Of a stretch of 33,329 nt of DNA, positions 1 to 8,829 are shown in pieces. The notes under the pieces were generated by a model. The model was not told the DNA's origin. It ran no database searches and saw only the letters and a list, made by a program, of their open reading frames with translations. The position numbers and the translations under genes were made by a program. Within the stretch, counting starts at the first letter, position 1. Each line of letters opens with the position of its first letter. The DNA comes from Chloroflexia bacterium (GTDB lineage Bacteria; Chloroflexota; Chloroflexia; QHBQ01; JADMIH01), in contig JBAURA010000041.1 in assembly GCA_049580985.1 (NCBI GenBank), positions 1-33,329 of the forward strand, written 5' to 3'.

Positions 1-911
1 ATCTGGTGCGGCGTCTGATCAAGAGACATAATCCTGACCTTGTGCTTATCGAACACATAATGATGGCTCAATACCTGCCCGGTGACTCCTCCGACTGGCA
101 CCTTCCGCCCGTGCTTCTTTCGGATCACGACGTGCGCGCCGGTGCTGCACAGGTCCATCGAGTGCCGCGCCGGTTGGCCGCCTGGCTCACCATGCTGGAG
201 GAGCGCCGTTGGCAAAGGTATAAACGGCTCTCGTGGCGACGTGTACAGGCGGTGCTCGTGCCAAGCGCGGAGGACGCGGCGGTGATATTGCGGAGCGTGT
301 CTGATGCCACGGTGGAGATCGTGCCTTTTGGACTCGCACCTCGCGATTTGTCTAGCACTAACGGCCTGGTGCGAGACGACTCGACACTCTTGTTTGTCGG
401 AAACTTCGACCACCCGCCCAATAGAGATGCCGCCCTGCGACTGGGCAACGGCGTCTTCCCTATCGTCGCAAAATCCCGCCCCGACACGAGGTTGTTATTG
501 GTTGGCAAGAATCCTACGCCCGATATAGAGGCGCTGGCAGCCAACGATGAGAGGATCACAGTTACCGGGGAGGTAGAGTCGGTGGAGCCATACCTGCGGG
601 GGTGCGCCCTCTTTGTAGCTCCATTGACCAAGGGCGGAGGGGTGCGCATCAAGCTGCTGGAGGCCATGTCTGCCGGTATACCTGTGATCACCACACCTCT
701 GGGTGTGCACGGCTTGGGCGCCCAGCCGGGAAGGCATCTGCTGGTCGCCAGCGATGACGGGGAGTTCGCTCAAGCGATCGTGGGTGCGCTGTCCGACCAC
801 GCATCGAGAGCGCGCCTGGCTGCCCAGGCTTACGCGCTGGTGGCCGGCCCGGAACGGACAGCGATGCGCGCTCAACGCCTCAACGACGTGTTGCAAAGGT
901 TCGCAAAGTAG
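1..911 (+). CDS. Glycosyltransferase family 4 (GT-B, Glycos_transf_1 type), 5'-truncated by the window edge
   Basis: The reading frame is open to nt 3 with no upstream stop. C-terminal GT-B motifs are LLFVGNFDHPPN, VTGEVESVEPYLRGCALFVAPL and GGGVRIKLLEAMSAGIPVITT (E-x7-E type). Stop TAG 909-911 overlaps the GTG of the next gene. Confidence 0.85.
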   Translation, partial: LVRRLIKRHNPDLVLIEHIMMAQYLPGDSSDWHLPPVLLSDHDVRAGAAQVHRVPRRLAAWLTMLEERRWQRYKRLSWRRVQAVLVPSAEDAAVILRSVSDATVEIVPFGLAPRDLSSTNGLVRDDSTLLFVGNFDHPPNRDAALRLGNGVFPIVAKSRPDTRLLLVGKNPTPDIEALAANDERITVTGEVESVEPYLRGCALFVAPLTKGGGVRIKLLEAMSAGIPVITTPLGVHGLGAQPGRHLLVASDDGEFAQAIVGALSDHASRARLAAQAYALVAGPERTAMRAQRLNDVLQRFAK

Positions 912-2443
912 TGCGTTCGCGTATTCTATCCAACGCAATAGCTAATTATGCCGGACAGGTGACGATTGTGCTCGTCACCTTCGTACTCACCCCGGCGCTC
1001 CTGGCGCACCTGGGCGACGCCATGTACGGAGTGCTGCTACTGGTGTCGGCCGTGCAAGGGCTTGGTGGCCTTTTCGACTTCGGCATTACTACCAGCGTCG
1101 TCAAGTACGTGGCGGAACACCACGCACGGGACGAGATTGACGAGATCAACAGGGTCGTGAGCACTTCCTTCTTTCTACATCTCGTCGTGGGATTGATGGC
1201 CCTGCTGGTAGTCAGCTGCGTGGCCCTGTTCGGCATACCCTTGTTCAATCTGCAACCGGCCGAAGAGGCGGTCGCGCAACCGGCTCTCATCCTGGCGGGC
1301 GTAAGCCTGATGATCAGCCTCCCTTTGGGAGCGGTTGCTAGCGTCTTACAGGGCCTGCGGCACTACGAGATAACCAACGTCGTGGCCGTCGTGCAGGCCC
1401 TGTCGACGGCGGGCGTCACCCTTTTTGTTCTGCAACTCGGCGGTGGCCCGGTGGAGCTGATGATCGTGAACACTGTTAGTTTGGCGCTGGCATACTGTGT
1501 TCGAGTGTGGTTCGCGCTACGCCTCCTACCGGGTCTCCGCCTATCTCCTGGCTATGCCACGCGAGCTACTCTCAAGCGGATAGGGGGGTACAGCGTATGG
1601 CTCTTCATGCTCGATATGGCGCGTAGGATCTTCTACAATGCCGACGCCGTATTGATCGCGGCGTTCCTGCCGGTGAGCAAAGTCACCGCCTATAACCTCG
1701 GGTTCAAGCCCGCCAGCGCCCTTACCTACTTTTCCAGTCCGTTTGTGTCCGTGCTCCTCCCCGCTGCTTCCGCCCTGGAGGCGCTGAAGGATCAGGAAAG
1801 GCTACGGCACCTGTTCGTTACAGCTACCCGCATAGCCGTGGTCGTGACCATGCCTGTCTTCCTGTGGCTAATTCTTTTCGGCAGGCAGGTGCTAGAGGTG
1901 TGGGTCGGTCCGGGCCACGAGGATGCGCTGCCGGTCCTCTACATATTTTGCGCGGTTTTCCTGGTGTCGATAGCTCAGAACCCCGGCGGCACGGTGTTGC
2001 GAGGCATAGGCCAGGTGCGGATATTGGCATTGGTAGTGATGTCTGAGTATGCGGCGAACATCATCTTGAGCCTGCTGCTCTTGCCTCGCGTCGGCGTGAT
2101 CGGCGCTGCTATCGGTACTCTCATACCCGCAATCTTGGTCGACCTGCTCTTGATACCATTGTTGGCATGCCGCGCCCTTAGTATGACTTACGTGAGGTTT
2201 GTAATAGGAGCCTTTGCCGGGCCGCTTGTCGCCGCGGGACCGGCTGCGCTCCTATTCTGGCTGCTTAGCCGGTGGCTGGAGACGTCATCGCTTCTCTCCT
2301 TGATCGCGAGCGGCGTGCTATCGGTTGCTTTGTTCGGCGTCTGCTATTTTCTCCTGGGGGCAACCGCGGGCGAGCGCGTGATCGCAGGTAACGCTATAAA
2401 GAATGTGCTCAGGCGCGCACGCCAGGGGCAGGCACCCAGATGA
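911..2443 (+). CDS. MOP/Wzx-type polysaccharide flippase (polysaccharide biosynthesis protein family)
   Basis: 510 aa, hydrophobic almost throughout with about 12-14 predicted helices. The N-terminus ILSNAIANYAGQVTIVLVTFVLTPALLAHLGDAMYGV is typical of Wzx-like proteins. The GTG start overlaps the previous stop (TAGTG) and the stop overlaps the next ATG (ATGA at 2440-2443). Confidence 0.8.
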   Translation: MRSRILSNAIANYAGQVTIVLVTFVLTPALLAHLGDAMYGVLLLVSAVQGLGGLFDFGITTSVVKYVAEHHARDEIDEINRVVSTSFFLHLVVGLMALLVVSCVALFGIPLFNLQPAEEAVAQPALILAGVSLMISLPLGAVASVLQGLRHYEITNVVAVVQALSTAGVTLFVLQLGGGPVELMIVNTVSLALAYCVRVWFALRLLPGLRLSPGYATRATLKRIGGYSVWLFMLDMARRIFYNADAVLIAAFLPVSKVTAYNLGFKPASALTYFSSPFVSVLLPAASALEALKDQERLRHLFVTATRIAVVVTMPVFLWLILFGRQVLEVWVGPGHEDALPVLYIFCAVFLVSIAQNPGGTVLRGIGQVRILALVVMSEYAANIILSLLLLPRVGVIGAAIGTLIPAILVDLLLIPLLACRALSMTYVRFVIGAFAGPLVAAGPAALLFWLLSRWLETSSLLSLIASGVLSVALFGVCYFLLGATAGERVIAGNAIKNVLRRARQGQAPR

Positions 2444-4233
2444 AGCCGTTGATAAGTGTGCTGATACCGACACGCAACAGGCGGGAGGTGCTGCTGTCCA
2501 CCCTGGGGAGCCTTGCCCATCAGAGCGCATCGCCCGACAGCTATGAGGTGATAGTGGTGGCTGACGGCTGCACAGATGGCACACCCCAGGCTGTCAGAGC
2601 TTTAGCCGAGACGATGCCCTGGAAAATACATGATGACAGTCCGGATGGAATGTCACGCAGCAGGCTGAGGTGCATAGAGCAGGAGTGGGCGGGTGCATCT
2701 GCCGCTCGCAACCGGGCACTGTATGCTGCTCGCGCACCCCTGGTCCTCTTCCTCGACGATGACATCCAGGCAGACCCCGATCTCATTGCAGCGCACATCG
2801 CTCGCCACGACGCGCATATGCAGCCCTCAGTCCTCAGTCCTCAGTCCTCAGTCCTATCTCTCGCGGGCACAGTGGTACAGGGTCGCATCATCCCAGTGGA
2901 AGGTCGCGGATCTCTGCATCGAGAGGTAGCAAGGTCTTTGGAATACCACCATCAGCGGCTACTTTCAGGCACGCTTTCCTTCATGGACCTGCGGACAGCG
3001 AACGTATCTGTACCCAGGGAGGCTGCGCTCCAGGTCGGCGGCCTGGCGGAAGACCTCTTCTATGGAGAGGACTCCGAGTTTGGCTACCGGCTGCACAGTC
3101 TGGGCATGCCTTTCGTTTACGCCCCCGAAGCCTCCTGCCTACACAACGATCCGAAGAGCGCGCATGCGCTGCTCATGGATATATTCAAGTGGGGTCAAGG
3201 CTGCGTGCATCTGTACGAGAGATGGCCCGACTTGCTACCCCATTTGCCCCTGTCTGCGTATGGGGAAACAAGCTTACGTGCCCGCCTCACGCGTGGGTTG
3301 CTCCTCAAGCTGTCCGAACTCCGCACGTTCTCGCGCCTGATAGAGGTGGCCTGCGAACGTTGGGCTACCTCAGATGCCGGCAATCGATGGTCTCGCCCAG
3401 TGTTTGACCTTGTCAGGAGCTATTACCTATGGCGGGGCATCCGCTCGCAGGTACGCGACCGCAAACAGTGGGCCAATTTCACCGATCCGGGAGTGGTGGT
3501 CCTTATGTACCACAGCATCTCTTCCAGGCCGATCGCAGACCGGTTCGCGGTGCCGAGGTGGCAATTCGGGCGGCAGATGTGGTTGCTCCGTGCCATGCGC
3601 CGTCGCGTGATGCCGCTTAGCGACTGTATGGACGTGTGGGAGGCGGGTCGCATGTCTCCTCCACGCACTGTAATCATCACCTTCGATGATGGTTACAGGG
3701 ACAATCTTACCCAGGCATGGCCCGTGCTGGCCCGCCATGGCTACCCTGCAACCCTCTTTTTCGTGACCGAGATGGCCGGCGGCATCAACTCGTGGGAGCC
3801 GCCCGGCTTTGTACGAAAGCCACTCCTTAGCTGGCGCGAAGCTGCCATCCTGGATAGCAACGGCTTCCAGGTTGAATCGCATGGAACTCACCACTCAGAT
3901 CTCACTACCGCCGATCCTGAGACTCTACACCATGAACTGGTGGAGAGCCGCCGGCAGTTGGAGGGTCATCTGCACCGGCCTGCTACCCTCTTTGCATACC
4001 CATACGGCGGTTACGACCAGTTCGTGGTAGAGCAAACCCAGGAAGCAGGGTACAGGGCGGCATTCACCACACACCAGGGCACCAACACATTGCGCACGCC
4101 CCGGCATGCGCTGAAACGTGTCGAGGTCTCCGGACATGACAACCTGCTCATGTTCGCCCTCAAGGTATGGCTGGGTGAAGACCCCTTCAGGCGGTTCCAA
4201 CGCAGGCGACGGAAGGCAGCCCACGATGAGTAG
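2440..4233 (+). CDS. Bifunctional GT2 glycosyltransferase / CE4 (NodB-type) polysaccharide deacetylase fusion
   Basis: The N-terminus ISVLIPTRNRREVLLSTLGSLAHQ...YEVIVVADGCTDGT and the DxD motif LFLDDDIQAD indicate GT2. The C-terminus VIITFDDGYRDN, ATLFFVT, HGTHHSDL and FAYPYGGYD indicates a NodB homology domain. Confidence 0.85.
   Translation: MKPLISVLIPTRNRREVLLSTLGSLAHQSASPDSYEVIVVADGCTDGTPQAVRALAETMPWKIHDDSPDGMSRSRLRCIEQEWAGASAARNRALYAARAPLVLFLDDDIQADPDLIAAHIARHDAHMQPSVLSPQSSVLSLAGTVVQGRIIPVEGRGSLHREVARSLEYHHQRLLSGTLSFMDLRTANVSVPREAALQVGGLAEDLFYGEDSEFGYRLHSLGMPFVYAPEASCLHNDPKSAHALLMDIFKWGQGCVHLYERWPDLLPHLPLSAYGETSLRARLTRGLLLKLSELRTFSRLIEVACERWATSDAGNRWSRPVFDLVRSYYLWRGIRSQVRDRKQWANFTDPGVVVLMYHSISSRPIADRFAVPRWQFGRQMWLLRAMRRRVMPLSDCMDVWEAGRMSPPRTVIITFDDGYRDNLTQAWPVLARHGYPATLFFVTEMAGGINSWEPPGFVRKPLLSWREAAILDSNGFQVESHGTHHSDLTTADPETLHHELVESRRQLEGHLHRPATLFAYPYGGYDQFVVEQTQEAGYRAAFTTHQGTNTLRTPRHALKRVEVSGHDNLLMFALKVWLGEDPFRRFQRRRRKAAHDE
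2821..2855 (+). repeat. Heptanucleotide tandem repeat (CCTCAGT) x4 plus partial units, inside the GT2-deacetylase CDS
   Basis: Read directly: cagc CCTCAGT CCTCAGT CCTCAGT CCTCAGT cct. It encodes QPSVLSPQSSVLS. The unit length is not a multiple of 3. Confidence 0.95.
3472..4179 (+). other. NodB/CE4 polysaccharide deacetylase domain of the 2440-4233 product (approximate bounds)
   Basis: Motifs TFDDGY (Asp-Asp metal/catalytic motif), HGTHH (His motif) and YPYG appear in canonical order. Confidence 0.8.
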
Positions 4234-5185
4234 CAGAGCAATAGATGCGTCTCCCGCCTATGATCCTGAAGGCCGCATCTGTGTCGTAATTCCTACGCTC
4301 AACAGGCCCCTCCTGCTTCGGCGCTGCCTGCTGAGTGTTTTGCAAGGTGAGAGGCTTCCTGAGCAGGTGATAGTCTGCGACCAGAGCACCGGCCAGGACA
4401 CCCGAGAGGTAGTCGTGGACTTGATACCCCAATGGCCCATCCTGGTGTATATGCACCTGCCTAGACCCCATGCCTCCGAGGCGAGGAATGCGGGCTTAGA
4501 TGCGGCAGAGACCGAATTAGTCGCTTTCATCGACGACGACTGCGTGGCCCACCCCCTCTGGCTATGGTCGCTGGCGCAAGGATATGCCGAAGTGAGCAAG
4601 GAGCAGCCGGTGTCGGCGGTCGCTGGACGTGTGCTGCCTCTGCCGATACCGGCTGGCCCCCGCAAAGCCGGGCATGCGGTCTCTTCAAGAGTAAGCAAGA
4701 TTAAGCGCTACTACAAACGCACAGACGACGCGGAGAGTCATAGGGGTTGGGCACCCTGGGATATAGGCACGGGCGCGAACCTCCTCGCCCCGCGCCACGC
4801 GCTCAGCAGGGTGGGCGGGTTTGACACACAGCTTGGCCCTGGCTCGACACATCGTGCAGCCGAGGACATAGACTTGCTCTACAGGTTGGCCGCCATCGGC
4901 ACAGCCGTCTACGAGCCTGCGGCCATAGTCTACCACCCGACCCGCGACAGGTGGGGACGCCTATCGAGCCGCCTCGTGTATGGAGGCGGTATGGGCGCGA
5001 TGCTTGGGCGACATATCGTGTCTGGCGATAGTGCGGCACGCGGCTTGCTTTTGTTGTATGTGCGACACCAGTTCGCGAATATGACGCGAAGAGGCGGATG
5101 GGGTCCGCTCGAAGCCGCACTGACCCTGGCGGGCACCCTGCGCGCCCTGGCCAGGGTATGGCTTGAGACTAGAATGGAACGGTAG
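4226..5185 (+). CDS. GT2 family glycosyltransferase
   Basis: RICVVIPTLNRPLLLRRCLLSVL, VIVCDQSTGQDT, ARNAGLDAA and VAFIDDDCV (DxD). I prefer the internal ATG at 4226 (MSSRAIDAS...) over the track start 4118, because it overlaps the upstream stop (ATGAGTAG) in the same way as the other junctions of this operon. Confidence 0.8.
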   Translation: MSSRAIDASPAYDPEGRICVVIPTLNRPLLLRRCLLSVLQGERLPEQVIVCDQSTGQDTREVVVDLIPQWPILVYMHLPRPHASEARNAGLDAAETELVAFIDDDCVAHPLWLWSLAQGYAEVSKEQPVSAVAGRVLPLPIPAGPRKAGHAVSSRVSKIKRYYKRTDDAESHRGWAPWDIGTGANLLAPRHALSRVGGFDTQLGPGSTHRAAEDIDLLYRLAAIGTAVYEPAAIVYHPTRDRWGRLSSRLVYGGGMGAMLGRHIVSGDSAARGLLLLYVRHQFANMTRRGGWGPLEAALTLAGTLRALARVWLETRMER

Positions 5186-7107
5186 TGTCGTCTAACACAG
5201 ATACAGACGTATCGGTACCAAGTGTAAACATCATAATCCCCTCGTGGACGGGCGACGTGCAACGCGTAATGCGGAGCATCGAGCGCCAGACCTACAGGAA
5301 CTACACGGTCGAAGTCGTGAAGGGTATCGGCCCGGCCGCGCGTGCCCGCAACGTCGGTGCACAACGTGCCTGTGGCGATATCCTCTTGTTCATAGACGAC
5401 GATGCATATTTCGGCCACGACCTCGTGCTTGAGAGCCTCGTCACCCTGCTTGAGAGCGACCCTGAGGTGGCGGCGGTCGGCACGTCCAAGCTAGTGTCGC
5501 AGGGGGCCACTTTCCTCCAAAAAGCGATAGCGCGCCAGGTGCCGCGCATGGTCTACCCAATCGTGCCACGCACTCTTGAGAGCAATCCACCTCTCGATAA
5601 ATATGGCTTTACCGCGATAACCACCACGTGCTGCGCCGTGAAGCGCGATGTATTCCTACAGGTAGGGGGCTTCGACGAGGAGTTGACCACCGGGCCGGAA
5701 GACACCGACTTCTTCTATCGGGTGCGCCAACTCGGCTTCAAGATCCTGGTGGCGGGTGAGGCCTGGGTGTACCACGACCCTCCAAGCAGCGTGCGAGACC
5801 TGTTGCGCAAGAGCTTCTGGTATGGAGTCGGCCATGCCCTGGAAGCTCATAAGCACCCCGAACGGCGTATGGAAGTGATACCTCTCGAAAAATGGTACGG
5901 GAAGGTGGGGCTATTGGGTGCATTGCTGGCCTTCCCTGTGGCGCTGTTCGTCCACTTCTACTTCGACCCTGTTCGCAAGCTGGTGTTCGGCTTCCGCCCT
6001 CTCAAGACTCTCTCGACTTATGCCGTTCTCTGCGGCTACGTCTACGGCTCGTACAAGAAGGGAGCCGTCGATGTCCCCCCCAAATACATGGGACGCGCCC
6101 GCGCCGCCGATGCCGAGCTACCGGACGCTCCATACATAGAAAGTGCAACGGTGAGAACAACAAGGAACAAGCAAGCTCATAATTCGCCCAGCGCACCGGC
6201 TGGGCCAAGCGTAGCCATCATCGTGCCCTCATGGTCGGGCGAGGTAAGCAGGCTCATGCAGAGCATAGAGAGCCAAACTTACAAGAATTACAGCGTAGAA
6301 ATCGTAAAGGGCGTAAGCCCGGCAGGACGAGCGCGCAACCTGGGCGCGAAGCGTACAGACGCGGATATCCTCCTCTTCATCGATGACGATGCTTATTTCG
6401 GCCACGAGCGGGTGCTTGAGAAGACGGTAGCAGCCCTGGGCAGCGACGACGTCGGCGTAGCTGGTACGTCCAAAGTAGTCGCCAGGGAAGCCAGCCTGCT
6501 CCAGAAGGCGATCGCGCGCCAGGTGCCGCGCATGGTCTATCCCATCGTGCCGCTCACCCTCGAAAGCAATCCGCCTTTAGATAGATATGGGTACACGGCG
6601 CTTACCACCACGTGCTGCGCGGTCAAGCGCGCGGCATTCGAGCAGGCGGGCGGCTTCGACGAAAGCCTTACCCGCAGTGGCGAAGATACCGACTTCTTCT
6701 ACCGGGTGCGCCGGCAAGGTTGGCGCATGCTGGTAGTGGGCAACACGTGGGTGTACCACGACCCTCCGGGCAGCGTGCGAGACCTGTTGCGCAAGAGCTT
6801 CTGGTATGGGGTCGGCCATGCCGCCGAAGCCCGCATGCATCCTCAGCGTGGCATGGCGGTGCTCCCTCTGGATAAGTGGTACGGCAAGTTGGCGCTGGTG
6901 GGTGCGGCGCTGGCCTTCCCCATAGCGCTCTTTGTCCACTTCTACTTCGACCCTGTTCGCAAGCTGGTGTTCGGCTTCCGCCCCCTCAAGACCCTGTCAA
7001 CTTATGCCGTTCTATATGGTTACGTCTACGGCTGGTACCGCGTACCTTCGAGGCCCATATCCACCTACCTGGGGCGCCCACGGGCCAGCGTCACGGACGA
7101 GGTGTAG
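5185..7107 (+). CDS. Tandem double GT2 glycosyltransferase. Each half is a GT2 domain followed by a two-helix membrane hairpin.
   Basis: Two homologous halves. The first reads VNIIIPSWTGDV...ARNVGA...LLFIDDDAYFGH...EDTDFFYRVR...FVHFYFDPVRKLVFGFRPLKTLSTYAV. The second reads VAIIVPSWSGEV...ARNLGA...LLFIDDDAYFGH...EDTDFFYRVR...FVHFYFDPVRKLVFGFRPLKTLSTYAV. The GTG start overlaps the previous TAG (TAGTG). Confidence 0.8.
   Translation: MSSNTDTDVSVPSVNIIIPSWTGDVQRVMRSIERQTYRNYTVEVVKGIGPAARARNVGAQRACGDILLFIDDDAYFGHDLVLESLVTLLESDPEVAAVGTSKLVSQGATFLQKAIARQVPRMVYPIVPRTLESNPPLDKYGFTAITTTCCAVKRDVFLQVGGFDEELTTGPEDTDFFYRVRQLGFKILVAGEAWVYHDPPSSVRDLLRKSFWYGVGHALEAHKHPERRMEVIPLEKWYGKVGLLGALLAFPVALFVHFYFDPVRKLVFGFRPLKTLSTYAVLCGYVYGSYKKGAVDVPPKYMGRARAADAELPDAPYIESATVRTTRNKQAHNSPSAPAGPSVAIIVPSWSGEVSRLMQSIESQTYKNYSVEIVKGVSPAGRARNLGAKRTDADILLFIDDDAYFGHERVLEKTVAALGSDDVGVAGTSKVVAREASLLQKAIARQVPRMVYPIVPLTLESNPPLDRYGYTALTTTCCAVKRAAFEQAGGFDESLTRSGEDTDFFYRVRRQGWRMLVVGNTWVYHDPPGSVRDLLRKSFWYGVGHAAEARMHPQRGMAVLPLDKWYGKLALVGAALAFPIALFVHFYFDPVRKLVFGFRPLKTLSTYAVLYGYVYGWYRVPSRPISTYLGRPRASVTDEV
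5218..7038 (+). repeat. Intragenic tandem duplication: copy 1 at 5218-6054, copy 2 at 6205-7038, period 984-987 nt
   Basis: Long near-identical nucleotide stretches recur at an offset of 984 nt. Examples are gtccacttctacttcgaccctgttcgcaagctggtgttcggcttccgccc at 5950 and 6934, and agcgtgcgagacctgttgcgcaagagcttctggtatgg at about 5789 and 6773. Confidence 0.9.
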
Positions 7108-7123
7108 CTCTTTGGACGTACAG

Positions 7124-8800
7124 GTGCGCCAGGGAACGCCACAGCCCATTCGCGCGGGAGAGCGCTCGAACCAGGCAGCTCCAACTCAAGTCGCTACTGT
7201 CGCTGCACACGACCGTTCAGTCGAGAGCGCCGGAGCCAGCCGCCACGCCTTCCTCATGACTGCCGCCGCCCTCGTGGTGGGCGTGCTCAACTATGCTCTC
7301 AACGTTGTCATGGGCTGGCGTTTGCCGGCAGAGGAGTATGGCCGCGTTGGCGTAAGCCAGACGATCATCCTGCTTTGCGTATGGTTTCTCTCGGCGGGCT
7401 TTCCCTGGGTCGTATCTCGCGCTATTGGCCGCGCGGGAGGGGCTGGTCCGCTCGAGAGTGCTGACGGCTCCGAAGCCTGGCGCACCTACAAGACCGCCTG
7501 GCTTGCGAACCTGCTGCTCGCGGCGATACTGGTTTCTGCGTTAGGTCTCGGGTTCTTGTATGGATGGCTGCCCTTGTCAGGCGATTATAGCCTCCTTATA
7601 GTCCTCGTGGTCATTACGGTGATGGCGTTGGGCATCAGCGTTGTGCCGGATGCCGCCTTGCAGGGCCTGCTACGTTTCCGCAGGCTCTCGACCATCCGCA
7701 TCGCTGAGGCCGTGGTAAATACGACTGCCAGCGTGGCTTTGGTCCTCCTGGGGATGGGCGCTGTGGGTGCCCTGGCCGGCTTCGCCCTGGCGGCAGTGCT
7801 CACCTCCGGGCTGAGCATCTGGGCGATCCTGGACAAGCGGTTCTGGCTCGCGCGTGGCTGGGGCGGCCTGAGCGCCCTTCGTGACGCGCTCCCTCTGACC
7901 CTTGCGGTGTTCGGCGGCATTATCCTGACCAATATCGATCTGTTGGCCGTGAAGTTCCTTTCGGGTGGCAACTCTGACGCTCTATCGGGTGCTTATCAGA
8001 TCGCCGCGGTGCTGGCTCGCGCGCCCTTCTTCGTCGCTACTGCTCTCGTGACCGCCTTCTACCCGCGAATCGCCCGCGCGTCTCGTTCCGGTTTTGCAGC
8101 CGCACCTTCTGAGCAGTTGCTGCGCTGGCTTGCTCTCCTTGTTCTGCCCATGCACACGATCATAGTGGTGGCGGCCCCCGCCGTGGTAAGCTTCTTCTTC
8201 CCAGAGCGCTATGCATCGTCGGCCCCTGTACTCTCGGTGCTTGGCACGGCCAGCGCCCTGTTGGCCTTCGCCAGTGGCCTGGCAGCGATCCTGCAAGGCT
8301 CCAATCGCACTTTGGGCCCTGCACTTGTGATGACCATCTCTGTGATAGCGCAGTTGGCGGCACTGTGGTGGTTGGTGCCCGCCCTGGGGCCCTTGGGGGC
8401 AGCCATCTCTTCATCGCTGGCCGGCCTGCTCGCATTAACTTGGCTGGCGTGGCAAGCCCGCACGTTAGGTATTCGCATACGGAGTCTGGGCAGGACCGCG
8501 CTGGCGGTTGGTCTACTGGCAGTGTTGCTTCTCCCGCTTGGCCTGGGTCTTGCGGGGACAGATAGGCCTCTGATCGCCATCTGGGTAGCCGGCACCTTTT
8601 CGGCTTACGCTGCTGTTTGCTGCATCCTTGGCCTGATACGTGCAAGTGAGCTACCGGTGCTCACAAATGACCAACCGCGGACAGGAGTAAGCCGGAGCTT
8701 AGCATCGATTTCTATCGCCGCTTCTCGCCTGATCGGTATCCTCAACAGACTGGGCGAAAATATGGCAGGTGGCAGAGCAGGTCGAAAAAGCAGTCTATGA
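7124..8800 (+). CDS. Second MOP/Wzx-like polysaccharide flippase family membrane protein (start uncertain: GTG 7124 or ATG 7256)
   Basis: Polytopic hydrophobic protein with the Wzx-like N-terminal signature ...HAFLMTAAALVVGVLNYALNVVMGWRLPAEEYGRVG. The first predicted helix begins before Met 7256, which favours GTG 7124. The track start 6932 lies inside the preceding gene and is rejected. Confidence 0.65.
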   Translation: MRQGTPQPIRAGERSNQAAPTQVATVAAHDRSVESAGASRHAFLMTAAALVVGVLNYALNVVMGWRLPAEEYGRVGVSQTIILLCVWFLSAGFPWVVSRAIGRAGGAGPLESADGSEAWRTYKTAWLANLLLAAILVSALGLGFLYGWLPLSGDYSLLIVLVVITVMALGISVVPDAALQGLLRFRRLSTIRIAEAVVNTTASVALVLLGMGAVGALAGFALAAVLTSGLSIWAILDKRFWLARGWGGLSALRDALPLTLAVFGGIILTNIDLLAVKFLSGGNSDALSGAYQIAAVLARAPFFVATALVTAFYPRIARASRSGFAAAPSEQLLRWLALLVLPMHTIIVVAAPAVVSFFFPERYASSAPVLSVLGTASALLAFASGLAAILQGSNRTLGPALVMTISVIAQLAALWWLVPALGPLGAAISSSLAGLLALTWLAWQARTLGIRIRSLGRTALAVGLLAVLLLPLGLGLAGTDRPLIAIWVAGTFSAYAAVCCILGLIRASELPVLTNDQPRTGVSRSLASISIAASRLIGILNRLGENMAGGRAGRKSSL

Positions 8801-8829
8801 TGAGAAAGAATAGCTAGAAGGTAAATGGA

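Noticed and set aside
4118-4225. N-terminal 36 codons of the track ORF 4118-5185
   Set aside because: This stretch overlaps the deacetylase domain's 3' end. The ATG at 4226 gives the stop/start overlap typical of this operon and a normal GT2 N-terminus.
6932-7123. N-terminal 64 codons of the track ORF 6932-8800
   Set aside because: This stretch overlaps the 3' end of the double GT2 gene in another frame, and the peptide is low-complexity. The flippase-like protein more plausibly starts at GTG 7124 or ATG 7256.
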